Assembly: GCA_964621305.1 (NCBI GenBank)
Contig: CAZUOM010000003.1
Location: 14,589 to 78,588 of the forward strand
Direction: 5' to 3'
Origin: an uncultured Gammaproteobacteria bacterium
GTDB taxonomy: Bacteria; Patescibacteriota; Microgenomatia; UBA10105; UBA927
DNA: 64,000 nt
A program made the translations under genes and the position numbers. The notes beneath the pieces are model-generated. The model did no database searches, was not told where the DNA came from, and worked only from the letters and a program-made list of their open reading frames with translations. Below are positions 37,429-46,589 of this stretch, in pieces; the first letter of the stretch is position 1, and every line of letters begins with the position of its first letter.

Positions 37429-38112
37429 TCAAAAATAAAGCTCTTTTATCAGGGAGAACAGAAATTTTATCCCCTCGGTCGTCTTAAGCTTTGACTCACC
37501 CCAGGCTCTTGCTTTCTCCCGACTGGGAATCTCTAATACTTTAAGACCATACCTCAAAGCCTTAACAACCATTTCCTGTTCAGACCTAAAATCATTGAAT
37601 TTTAATCCTAGCTTAAGCGCTTCTGATTTTTTTATGGCCCGGAAGCTATAAAGTATGTCTGTCAGATTTGTACCATATCGCCTGTTAACTAAGGCGACCA
37701 AAAGATCGCTGCCCGCAGAACGAACTATCCCGCCTAAGTTAATATCCATATCATAACTTCCTCCAGTTCTTCTCGAGGCCGTAACCAAATCGGCTCTTCC
37801 TTGTTTAATCGGGTTTACAAATTTTGGGATGTCTTTCTCGTCGTGTGAGCCGTCCGCATCAAAAAATACAACAATGTCCCCTTTGGCTTTTTTGATACCT
37901 ATCCTTAAAGCCGCTCCTCTGCCTTTTTTATTATCCAAAAAAAATCTGGCGCCTAGTTTTTCAGAAATTTCTTTTGTCCCGTCGTTAGAATGTCCATCGA
38001 TAACCACTATCTCATCACCATATCTTTTTATTGACTTTAAAATCTTTTCAATTCCCTGCCCTTCGCCTTTAGTCAAAACTACAAGACTTACTTTTTGTTC
38101 TACTTTTTTCAT
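37429..38112 (-). CDS. GT2 glycosyltransferase, Dpm1/GtrB-like polyprenyl-phosphate sugar synthase
   Basis: VSLVVLTKGEGQGIEKIL...IVVIDGHSNDGT...KKGRGAALRIG...VFFDADGSHD. Confidence 0.75.
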   Translation of the reverse strand: MKKVEQKVSLVVLTKGEGQGIEKILKSIKRYGDEIVVIDGHSNDGTKEISEKLGARFFLDNKKGRGAALRIGIKKAKGDIVVFFDADGSHDEKDIPKFVNPIKQGRADLVTASRRTGGSYDMDINLGGIVRSAGSDLLVALVNRRYGTNLTDILYSFRAIKKSEALKLGLKFNDFRSEQEMVVKALRYGLKVLEIPSREKARAWGESKLKTTEGIKFLFSLIKELYF

Positions 38113-38777
38113 TTCTTACCCTTCACCGCACGAACAACGCAATATAAAGACAAATCGACCGGAAGTAAATAAGGAAACCAAATGGTCTTGTCAATAACGA
38201 CATTCTTTTTAATCGCACCGATAATTTGCCTATGGCTTGAAGGATGTATCTCGTCTGGAGTAAAGCCCAATACGTTTTTAATAATAAAATCGGTAAGTAG
38301 ATTTTTTGCGGGAAAACCCATTATTAAATAACCGTCGGGTTTCAAAATACGATACATTTCGCCAATAGCAACGCTCAACTCTTTCTTGGTGAAATGTTCA
38401 AGAACGCTCATGCAAACAATAGTATCAAAATAATTTTTCCGGTAAGGAGTTCTAAAAATCGACCCTGTAACTAACTTGGCTTTTATATTTTGTTTTTTAA
38501 GTATCTCTTCCACAGTTCTTGGATTGGGCAGGGTATCAATACCATGGATTTGAATGCCAAGCTTTACAAGTGTTGGTATAAAAGTTCCTCCTCCGTAACC
38601 CACATCAAGAATCTTCTCCACCTTGCGGCGCTTCATCAAAGAAATGGCCATCTCCAGACGTTTTCTCATAAAGTAGCCTTGTATAGGTCGATAGTACTGA
38701 TCAATAGTACTATCGATATAATCATAGTTGAGGTTCTTCAAATTCTCCTTTGGGGGTATAACCAATTTGACTTTCAT
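38109..38777 (-). CDS. Class I SAM-dependent methyltransferase
   Basis: Motif I KILDVGYGGGTF and post-I LVKLGIQIHGID; downstream VLEHF. Typical methyltransferase type 11/12. Confidence 0.7.
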   Translation of the reverse strand: MKVKLVIPPKENLKNLNYDYIDSTIDQYYRPIQGYFMRKRLEMAISLMKRRKVEKILDVGYGGGTFIPTLVKLGIQIHGIDTLPNPRTVEEILKKQNIKAKLVTGSIFRTPYRKNYFDTIVCMSVLEHFTKKELSVAIGEMYRILKPDGYLIMGFPAKNLLTDFIIKNVLGFTPDEIHPSSHRQIIGAIKKNVVIDKTIWFPYLLPVDLSLYCVVRAVKGKK

Positions 38778-41317
38778 AGAGACAATTGCGGCACTAGTTT
38801 AATCAGAAAGACATCAATATTCAGCGGTAATTCTCCAAATTCTAGAGAAATTTCGGTCAGATACTTATCAAACATCTGCCCTGAGGCTGCGAATATTTCT
38901 CCTTCGGGAATCTTTACTCTCACCTCTTGTGGTTGCAATTGTACCTTAAACCGAAAGTACAGCTCCTGCGAGTTTTGTTTCGGGCTATCTTTGTTCGTGT
39001 TCCAGCGAAGTTTTGCCCAAAAAGTATCCAGACCAGCCTTTTTTGCATAAGCAAAATCATCATAAGAAGCCATAAAAGAGAATGTGTCTAAGAAATCTTT
39101 TAAAAGCTGGTCGCGGCTGATGTACAAATTTAATACCGCCCTGGCTCCATCAGTAATAACCTCAAACTCATCGAGGAGGGCGAAGTTTCCGGTCTGGGTT
39201 GTATGGAGATCCATTTTTATATATCGAGCCCTGATTGGCCCATCTAGTATATCAAGCCTGCTATCTTTTTTATTATTTGAAATCTCCAAAACCTTTTCCC
39301 AATTAATTCCATCCAAAGAGGCCGAGTAGGTATAGGTTGAAGGAGTTCTGCCCACACCCGGTTGCGAACCCCAGGCCAATGCTGCCACATTTAGCTCTCT
39401 ACCTAAGTCGACCTTTATCCAAGCGGGTACTGCGTCAACAATCCAAGAGGATCTTTCGCCAACGTTCCCATCTATTAAGTTTTCCGGTAAAACATGTAAA
39501 AAGGGTTCTCCCGGTCTTTGAGACAAAGTATTTGCTGTGTTCACTTTCGCGGTTTTCAAATACCTGGCGCGGTCAATTGAATAATCCACTAAAGCCCTAA
39601 ACTTTTTACTGTCCGGTCGAGATCCCTGCTTAAAAATGCCAAAACTGGAACTCATATTTATTTCTGCTAAGTAGGGAGTTTCGACAAATGGGACACCATC
39701 AGTTTTCGCAATATAGGTACTCCTGTCGCTTTCGGCCGGCTCGAGGAAATATGTCCCCTGCTTAGCCAGTACGGTTCTTGCTTCTTTTGTCCTGTTAATA
39801 ATGCCCTCGTTGCTGTTATAATCTAGAAAGATAACGCTAGACAAATCGAGCTTGCCTTCTTTTACCTTCTTTAAGACTGCTGCGATTTGAGATTCAATTC
39901 GATAAGGCTCATCTGCCAGGTTTGGGTATTGTTTGTCTTTCACAAAGGACCACTCATATAAGAAATCATTTAAACCTGAAGCGTGAGGGTAGATGTAAAA
40001 AACTACACCATCCGGCAGTGACGGAAACTCCTTTGAAAATTGAGAATTAAATCTCTTTGGCTCCGAATACGTTGACAGGTAAGCTTCGGATTGAATTTTA
40101 TGAAGATGATAAAGTTGCACTCCCAAATAAAAAGTGACTGCTGTGGCGAGTATTTTATGGGTTCCAATTTTTGCCGCTTTCTTTTGAAGTTTTTTAGACA
40201 AAAAGATCAGAAAGTATGCCAAAAGGACAGAGGTGCCTGCAAACGCAAAGTAGCCATAGCGCATCGTGATGAATTTATAATCTCGTGACAGAAATTCTTC
40301 CGTGTAAGGTATTGCCATCGCCACAAATGTAATAAAGCAAGCAACCCAACCGGTAAACAATAGGGGAAGACAAATATCTTTCTTCTTTTTACGCAGTAAA
40401 TAAAGAGCGTAGCTTAATAAAGAAATTGTCACCCACCCTATAAATGGAAAGAAGTACTTGTTAAGAAAGTTTGCATTCACAAATGTTTTTAAACTCTCTC
40501 TAACATCATTGAGAATTGGATAGGGAACTGCTTGTGGTGATATGAGCTTCCCAATCGTTAACAAAATAGACTTGAAATACACAAAGTACAATCCGTCTGC
40601 GATGAGCTTTACGCGCATTTTAACGTTGCTGTCAGCAAAGTCTCCGGGTATGCCTCCGTACCAGGATCGAATCATAAGAAACGCAAAGACAGAAAGATAG
40701 AAGGGAAACTGTCTTATGACAATTTTGTAAAGTACTTTCTTAGAAAAAGCGTCTTTGGTATTAATAAAGTCATAAAGAGTGATAATTGCTACAATTACTA
40801 AACCCGTTTCCCTGGTGAAAAAGGCCAAGAAAGAAAAAAACATAGACAACAATAGGTTCCACGAGCTTCCATTCTTTCTGTAATCTATAAATTTAATTAG
40901 TGCCAAGGACATAAAAATCAAAAGGAGCGGGTAATAGGAATTAAAACTACCCCAGGTAAGAACGTCGTTGTAGGCAGTGTTTGCAACGAAAATAAGACTT
41001 GAAATAAAAGATAGTTGTCTATTTTTTGTTAGGATTTCCACGAGCCTAAAGAGAGTCAAGGCTGCGACAATGTGTAGGACTAAGCTAGTCAGGTACCAGC
41101 CGCTGGGATTCCAGCCGAAAATTTTCCAATCCAAATAATATAAAAAACTGTGGCTCTTAATGAGATTTACAAGAGTATGCGGAGTTGACCCCATCAGCCA
41201 AGATGTTTCAAAACCTTTAAGAAACCAAAAATCCAGAGTCCGATGCCAAGCAATCAAACCGGTAAGTATAATGGCTATCGGGTATATAAATGGAGAGTTA
41301 AAAATTCTTTTTAACAT
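38774..41317 (-). CDS. Polytopic membrane protein (putative GT-C glycosyltransferase) with C-terminal F5/8 type C (discoidin) carbohydrate-binding domain
   Basis: 847 aa. N-terminal about 400 aa is multi-TM. Residues 612-720 read LIDGNVGERSSWIVDAVPAWIKVDLGRELNVAALAWGSQPGVGRTPSTYTYSASLDGINWEKVL...YIKMDL, matching the discoidin DGN..T.W....QWI.VDLG....I..V.L.W pattern. Confidence 0.7.
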   Translation of the reverse strand: MLKRIFNSPFIYPIAIILTGLIAWHRTLDFWFLKGFETSWLMGSTPHTLVNLIKSHSFLYYLDWKIFGWNPSGWYLTSLVLHIVAALTLFRLVEILTKNRQLSFISSLIFVANTAYNDVLTWGSFNSYYPLLLIFMSLALIKFIDYRKNGSSWNLLLSMFFSFLAFFTRETGLVIVAIITLYDFINTKDAFSKKVLYKIVIRQFPFYLSVFAFLMIRSWYGGIPGDFADSNVKMRVKLIADGLYFVYFKSILLTIGKLISPQAVPYPILNDVRESLKTFVNANFLNKYFFPFIGWVTISLLSYALYLLRKKKKDICLPLLFTGWVACFITFVAMAIPYTEEFLSRDYKFITMRYGYFAFAGTSVLLAYFLIFLSKKLQKKAAKIGTHKILATAVTFYLGVQLYHLHKIQSEAYLSTYSEPKRFNSQFSKEFPSLPDGVVFYIYPHASGLNDFLYEWSFVKDKQYPNLADEPYRIESQIAAVLKKVKEGKLDLSSVIFLDYNSNEGIINRTKEARTVLAKQGTYFLEPAESDRSTYIAKTDGVPFVETPYLAEINMSSSFGIFKQGSRPDSKKFRALVDYSIDRARYLKTAKVNTANTLSQRPGEPFLHVLPENLIDGNVGERSSWIVDAVPAWIKVDLGRELNVAALAWGSQPGVGRTPSTYTYSASLDGINWEKVLEISNNKKDSRLDILDGPIRARYIKMDLHTTQTGNFALLDEFEVITDGARAVLNLYISRDQLLKDFLDTFSFMASYDDFAYAKKAGLDTFWAKLRWNTNKDSPKQNSQELYFRFKVQLQPQEVRVKIPEGEIFAASGQMFDKYLTEISLEFGELPLNIDVFLIKLVPQLSL

Positions 41318-41430
41318 AATAGATCGATAAAAACATCGATGATTTTTTGGATTTCCCTGCCGGTCAATTCCGGATTATTTCCAATATACAACCCCTGTCC
41401 GCGAACAAGTCTTGCATCGGGAACCTTGTC

Positions 41431-42216
41431 TTAAACTTTTTGCATCACGACGTGGTAGGCGGAAGCAAATCTTTCGTCTTGATCCAAACGGTCTAATAAA
41501 AACCCCATACAATTCATCAAGAAAAATATTAAAGGGGACACTAAAAGCAAAACAATTTTTGTCATGGCCCTTCCTTCGAGTATTTTTCTTACTATATATT
41601 GATTTACAAGTATAGCCAGCGTTGTCCCAAAAAATGAATAAGTGTAAATTCTTTTCACTTTTAATCCGGATTTTCTTGCCAACTGCCGGTAGCCGCCCCT
41701 GGTTATTCTTTGGAAATCGCTGTCGATACCGCCATGCTCCCGATAAATAAACGGAGAAACGGTTAAACACCTTCCGCCTTTTTTAAGAACTCTGGCAGCC
41801 TCGCGGAAAAATTTTTGAATATCAGAGATATGTTCCGCCACTTCAAAGCTTGCGTAAGTATCAAAGGTTTTATCTTTAAAGGGCAGCGTGAGGGCATCAC
41901 AAACTAGGTCTATTTTTTGAGGGTCCTTAGTTCTCCCGTATAGTATCTCGGTGATGACTCCAAATTTATGCGCCTCCTCCTTTTGTGTCTTAAATTGCTT
42001 ATCCCACGAAGATGAGTCTGTTGCTATATATTCTCTAACCCGCTTGTTCCTAGCTAATATTCTTTCTTTTTTCTCACAATTTCCAGCCCCCGTTTCCAAA
42101 ACTTTTCCCTTAAAATATTTAATCAGTTCATTATTTCCCTTCTCCTTGTTCCTAAAATCAAGCCAGTGAGGATAAAAAGGGGTCGCGACAAAAGTGGTAA
42201 GTAGCGCTCTTATCAT
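41431..42216 (-). CDS. Class I SAM-dependent methyltransferase
   Basis: GKVLETGAGNCE (motif I), acidic motif II, GGRCLTV. 261 aa. Confidence 0.6.
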   Translation of the reverse strand: MIRALLTTFVATPFYPHWLDFRNKEKGNNELIKYFKGKVLETGAGNCEKKERILARNKRVREYIATDSSSWDKQFKTQKEEAHKFGVITEILYGRTKDPQKIDLVCDALTLPFKDKTFDTYASFEVAEHISDIQKFFREAARVLKKGGRCLTVSPFIYREHGGIDSDFQRITRGGYRQLARKSGLKVKRIYTYSFFGTTLAILVNQYIVRKILEGRAMTKIVLLLVSPLIFFLMNCMGFLLDRLDQDERFASAYHVVMQKV

Positions 42217-42218
42217 TG

Positions 42219-43391
42219 TTATACACCTAGCGTTTTTCCCAGTGCCTCTGCAAAAATTTTATTCCAATCGAAGTTGACAGCGTATTGTACTGCGTTGGCC
42301 GAATAGCTGTCTAATTTAGACCTGTTTCCTAATAACTCTTCTATTTTCCGGGCTACTGAATCTACGTTGTATCTGGCTATTAATCCGCACCTCTTCTTGG
42401 CTAATTGTTTAGCTATTGGCGGTACGTCTGTCAAAATTACAGGGAGGCCTGCGGCAAGATAGCTTTTTATTTTTCCGGGGTCTGTAAAATAGGTAAAACT
42501 GTCTGGCGCGGGTTCATAAGTAGCTACCGAAAGAGTACTTTTTGCCAACTCCTCCTCAATTTTTTTATGGTTTTTGATAAAACCAAGAAAGGAAACCTGA
42601 TTTTGTAAATTGTTTTTTTTAACTCTTCTCCTGAGATCTTGTTCATAAGGACCGGTGCCGATAGCATAAAGGTGTACTCCCGGAAATTTTTTAGAAACCT
42701 TAGTAATTGCATCGATAACGACTTGAAGCCCTTGTTTTTTTATGAGGTGGCCCAAAAAGACAATTCGATCTTTTTCTTTTTGGACTTTCCGATGCCTTTG
42801 GGTTCTCTTAAGCCAGATACCAACCGGCACTACTATGTTAGTTGCGAGTCTATCTCTTTTCAGTTCGTGTTTTATTCTTGCTTCTACGATTTTTTCCGAA
42901 AGATTCCACACCATATCAGCCTTCTTTGCACATTGCGAATCAAAAAAATGATAAAGTTTGTTCAAAAAGCTATTGGTAAACCTTTTAGGGACGTAATCGA
43001 TGGTGTAGAAAACTACTTTTTTAGCTCTTCCCAGTCGTTTCAGAAATAGGCCAAGGTATGCAAGAAGGCCATCTGAACCAATATATAAGTCAACTTTATC
43101 TGTTTTTCCCAATACCCACAGCACGGTAGAGACGGCCTCTTTTAAGTATGTAAATACCCCAGGGAGTTTCAGATTAAGCCCATGGTGCTCTCTAAGTAAT
43201 TTTCCCTGCTTATAGGTTCGATAAAAAGATGGCTTCCCTTCCATGATGGAAAACGGGTGGCCAATAAAAAGAAGGCTGCCTGTTTTGTTTTTTAAATACT
43301 CCTCTAGATCAAGAGCCGGACCACTTGCAGAGACGTGAGAAGAGATTACTACGTCAAGACCCTTTAGGGTTCTTTTTAAATCTTCATTCAT
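42219..43391 (-). CDS. GT4 (group 1) glycosyltransferase
   Basis: 390 aa, GT-B-like. C-terminal domain RIVFLGHLIKKQGLQVVIDA...GTGPYEQDL...FIKNH. First gene of the minus-strand AT-rich operon. Confidence 0.7.
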   Translation of the reverse strand: MNEDLKRTLKGLDVVISSHVSASGPALDLEEYLKNKTGSLLFIGHPFSIMEGKPSFYRTYKQGKLLREHHGLNLKLPGVFTYLKEAVSTVLWVLGKTDKVDLYIGSDGLLAYLGLFLKRLGRAKKVVFYTIDYVPKRFTNSFLNKLYHFFDSQCAKKADMVWNLSEKIVEARIKHELKRDRLATNIVVPVGIWLKRTQRHRKVQKEKDRIVFLGHLIKKQGLQVVIDAITKVSKKFPGVHLYAIGTGPYEQDLRRRVKKNNLQNQVSFLGFIKNHKKIEEELAKSTLSVATYEPAPDSFTYFTDPGKIKSYLAAGLPVILTDVPPIAKQLAKKRCGLIARYNVDSVARKIEELLGNRSKLDSYSANAVQYAVNFDWNKIFAEALGKTLGV

Positions 43392-43633
43392 ACCAATCTA
43401 TTCTTTCTTGACAGATAACCACATCCGCACCCCTCGTAACTTTTAAATTATATCACAGCTTCCTGTATGTCACCCTGTTAGAAGTTCTGGCAAGGTATTC
43501 CTGATTTTGAAATGAGTTCCAGGAAAAGAGGGCTTCCCCCAGTTGTGGTTAAAATGCTAGGATATACTTTGGGTAAGATATTAGTTTTAAAACTGGCTCA
43601 TGGAATGTTTGTTTTGCAACGCCAATTACACGC
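43392..43633. promoter_or_regulatory. Divergent intergenic region (242 bp) likely holding promoters for the minus-strand island operon and the plus-strand downstream genes
   Basis: Largest non-coding gap in the window and the only divergent gene pair junction here. Contains a TTGACA hexamer at 43411; no confident -10 assigned. Confidence 0.3.
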
Positions 43634-45232
43634 ATGATGCCGTACCTTATAACGTTTTTGATTGTTTTGGTTGTTTATCGCGGCTGGTTTCTGGCTCCGG
43701 AAATTATCGGCGGAGACTGGCCGTATTATTTTGCCGAGACGGTCAAGGAAAAAGCATTTCCCCCGCCCGTATGGGTTTATTGGGCCAGTAACGGTTTGGG
43801 GGGTATTGACCCGGTACGGGGGCTCCATGCGTTTGAGTCGTTTCTTGCCGTGGTCGGGACACAATGGTTCGGATTGCCCTGGCCGGTTGTCTATAAAATC
43901 GGGTGGTTTGGTTTATTTCTAGTACTTTCGTTTGGTTGCTCAGTTTTGCTGTGGCGGCGTGTATTTCCTGATGTCTCCTCGGCGTGGCCCGCGGCGTTTG
44001 CCGGTCTTATCTATACGACCAATACCTATATCCTTATGGTGACGGGAGGCGGGCAGATGGGAGTGGCATTAGCCTACTCCGTAGCGCCATTAGTTATCAC
44101 GAGTTTCATAATTAAATCAGCTGTATTCTCCGGAATTATTTTAGGATTTCAAATAATGATTGATCCCAGAATTGCGTATATCACGATGATCGGTGTGGTA
44201 ACATATTTAATTTCAAATTTTAAATATGAAAAATCAAATATACCACGGAATTATTTTCTGCCGCTAGCGATTGCCATTGGCTTCAATGCATTTTGGATCG
44301 TTCCGATGATTGTCTTGCGATTTAATCCTATCGATGCCATGGGATCGGCATACACGTCTGTAGGGTCGGTTAAGTTTTTTAGTTTTGCGGACTTTCCCCA
44401 CGCCCTTTCGTTTCTTCATCCCAACTGGCCGGAGAATATATTTGGGAAGACTTATTTTCTGCAGCCGGAGTTTTTAGTGCTTCCTATACTGGCTTTTTCA
44501 AGTTTGCTGTTTGGCAGAAAGGATAAGAACATTCTTCTGTTTTCTCTCCTTGGATTGATTGGTGTTTTTTTAGCTAAAGGAGCGGGGGAACCGTTCGGTT
44601 GGATATATGTGTGGTTTTTTGAGCACTTTCCAGGATTTGTGATGTTTCGCGACCCGACCAAATTCTACGTATTGACGGCAATTTCGTATTCTATGCTAAT
44701 ACCTATTGCCTTGGTTTATATTGGTAAAAGACTGGAGACAATTACGGGATTGGCACTGGCGACCACATGTATTCTTTTCTGGCTGTTTGTTCACCGCCAA
44801 GCAGTATCTGGCAATCTGGGCGGGACGTTTGCTCGTCGATCAGTTCCGAATGAGTATATTGCATTGAAAGACTTTCTCGTAGCTCAACCAGAATTTTTTC
44901 GAACGCTCTGGGTGCCGCGGCAAAGCAGATTTGCGTTCAACTCTTCCCTTCACCCGGCAGTAGAAGCCCAGCCGCTGTTGGGGGCGACTTCCTCCGCTTC
45001 CCTTTTCGCATCGTTGCGCGACAGCAAGACTCGTAGGACGTTGGAGGATGTTTCGGTTAAGTACATAATCGTGCCGTCTGATTACCACGGCGAGATATAT
45101 ATTTCAGATCGTCGCTACGATGATGCGAAAAGGGAAGCGTTAGACCACACGCTGTCACAGGTTCCTTGGTTGAGGAAGCTTCCTTTTTCTGGATTTTCAC
45201 TCTATAGGGTAGGTGATGAGGTGGTAAAATAA
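43634..45232 (+). CDS. Polytopic membrane protein, short paralog of the N-terminal domain of 29913..33368
   Basis: 532-aa multi-TM ORF. Shared blocks with 29913..33368 (GGDWPYYFAE/WxxNG..G.D region; EHFPGFVMFRDPTKFYVLTAISY versus IKYLPGFAIFRTAFYKFAPAAWF). GC-normal composition, unlike its AT-rich paralog. Confidence 0.6.
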   Translation: MMPYLITFLIVLVVYRGWFLAPEIIGGDWPYYFAETVKEKAFPPPVWVYWASNGLGGIDPVRGLHAFESFLAVVGTQWFGLPWPVVYKIGWFGLFLVLSFGCSVLLWRRVFPDVSSAWPAAFAGLIYTTNTYILMVTGGGQMGVALAYSVAPLVITSFIIKSAVFSGIILGFQIMIDPRIAYITMIGVVTYLISNFKYEKSNIPRNYFLPLAIAIGFNAFWIVPMIVLRFNPIDAMGSAYTSVGSVKFFSFADFPHALSFLHPNWPENIFGKTYFLQPEFLVLPILAFSSLLFGRKDKNILLFSLLGLIGVFLAKGAGEPFGWIYVWFFEHFPGFVMFRDPTKFYVLTAISYSMLIPIALVYIGKRLETITGLALATTCILFWLFVHRQAVSGNLGGTFARRSVPNEYIALKDFLVAQPEFFRTLWVPRQSRFAFNSSLHPAVEAQPLLGATSSASLFASLRDSKTRRTLEDVSVKYIIVPSDYHGEIYISDRRYDDAKREALDHTLSQVPWLRKLPFSGFSLYRVGDEVVK

Positions 45233-45365
45233 CTGTATGGGCGCTTTGGGGCACTAAATGTTCTAAGCCAGGAAGAAGACATCGAAATGTTTCCTCGGTG
45301 GCTTACCACGGATTGTTCCTACCTCCTCGTTTTGGAAAAGCCATAGTTGGGTATACAATACCTCT

Positions 45366-46307
45366 ATGAACGTTATTGTAACCGGGGGCGCAGGGTTTAT
45401 CGGTTCACATCTAGTGGACGGATTGCTTAAGAGGGGGTATCGGGTTGTTGCGGTTGATAATCTTGTTACCGGCAGCAAAGGTAATCTTGCAGATGCTTCC
45501 AAAAATCCCAATTTTACCTTTGTCGAGCACGACATTATACAACTTCTAACGAAACAACAAATTGACAAAGCGACGCACATTTTTCATTTAGCATCACCCG
45601 CGTCGGTTGTAGATTATCAGAAGTATCCAGAAGAAACCGCACTAGTTAATTCGGTTGGCACAAGGAACCTTTTGCAACTAGCGCAGGAAACAGGATCCCG
45701 CTTCCTCTTTGCCTCCACCTCCGAAGTCTACGGAGATCCCCAAGAACATCCGCAGAAGGAGACGTACTGGGGGAACGTGAATCCCAACGGGGTGAGGGCG
45801 TGCTACGACGAGAGCAAGCGGTTCGGGGAAATGCTTTCGATGACGTACTTCAGGCGCGACAAACTCGATATCCGGATTGCTCGGATTTTTAACACCTATG
45901 GACCTCGGATGCGCTCCGATGATGGCCGAGTGGTGTCCAATCTTATTAACCAGGCCATCGGTAACCAACCACTGACTGTCTACGGTGACGGTACGCAGAC
46001 GCGCTCCTTTTGTTATGTATCGGATATGGTCGAAGGCCTAGTCAAACTTATGTTTACCGATGGTATTGCGGGAGAGGTGATCAATGTAGGTAGTCCCGAG
46101 GAGTACCGCATTCTGGACTTGGCGACGAAAATAAAAACAATGACAGGGGCTCACTCAGAAATTGTATTCAAATCGCTTCCAGCTGACGATCCAAAGGAGC
46201 GACGGCCCGATATCACAAAGGCAAAAGAACTTCTAGGCTGGGAGCCAAAAGTTAGCCTTGATGAAGGCTTACAAAAGACGATTGAACACTATAGGACCCA
46301 CCCATGA
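45366..46307 (+). CDS. UDP-glucuronate decarboxylase (UDP-xylose synthase, UXS)
   Basis: MNVIVTGGAGFIGSHLVD...ETYWGNVNPNGVRACYDESKRFGEMLSMTYFRRDKLDIRIARIFNTYGPRM..DDGRVVSNLINQA...GDGTQTRSFCYVSDMVEGL closely matches conserved UXS blocks. Confidence 0.85.
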   Translation: MNVIVTGGAGFIGSHLVDGLLKRGYRVVAVDNLVTGSKGNLADASKNPNFTFVEHDIIQLLTKQQIDKATHIFHLASPASVVDYQKYPEETALVNSVGTRNLLQLAQETGSRFLFASTSEVYGDPQEHPQKETYWGNVNPNGVRACYDESKRFGEMLSMTYFRRDKLDIRIARIFNTYGPRMRSDDGRVVSNLINQAIGNQPLTVYGDGTQTRSFCYVSDMVEGLVKLMFTDGIAGEVINVGSPEEYRILDLATKIKTMTGAHSEIVFKSLPADDPKERRPDITKAKELLGWEPKVSLDEGLQKTIEHYRTHP

Positions 46308-46525
46308 AGTCGCAGGACATCCTATTTCTGATAGTGTTTGTTGCTCTTCTGTTTTTACGTAAGCCGCGATTTCTTGTCTGGGCGGGTTTAGTAAACCTCG
46401 CCCTTGCAATACCGCTATTTGCCACCTGGACATTTTTTACCGCAGAGCGACTGACGTGGTATGCGGCAGCTTTTTTTCTTGTTTTTATCCTCATTTTTCT
46501 CCTCAAACCACATAAGGTACAATAG
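46304..46525 (+). CDS. Small two-TM membrane protein (hypothetical)
   Basis: 73-aa ORF with ATGA overlap to UXS and two hydrophobic helices. No family. Confidence 0.3.
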   Translation: MKSQDILFLIVFVALLFLRKPRFLVWAGLVNLALAIPLFATWTFFTAERLTWYAAAFFLVFILIFLLKPHKVQ

Positions 46526-46530
46526 GATAT

Positions 46531-46584
46531 TAGCAGCTAGTAGATAGTAGCTAGCAGCTAGGAGTTTTTCTAACTACTAACTAC
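46531..46584. repeat. Intergenic TAG-rich heptamer microsatellite (tagcagc/tagtaga/tagtagc/tagcagc/taggag) followed by (taactac)x2
   Basis: ttagcagctagtagatagtagctagcagctaggag ... ctaactactaactac between the small ORF 46304..46525 and galE. Has stop codons in all forward frames. Confidence 0.7.
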
Positions 46585-46589
46585 GCCTT

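Noticed and set aside
41375-41770. 131-aa minus-strand ORF overlapping the methyltransferase gene
   Set aside because: It is an alternate frame of 41431..42216, which carries the SAM-binding motif; the overlap ORF has no features.
45233-45365. tRNA or ncRNA search in intergenic gaps (also 43392..43633, 57233..57377, 58866..58931, 63828..63888)
   Set aside because: No cloverleaf-compatible sequence or GTTCGAATCC-like T-loop was recognised. They are treated as ordinary promoter or spacer regions.
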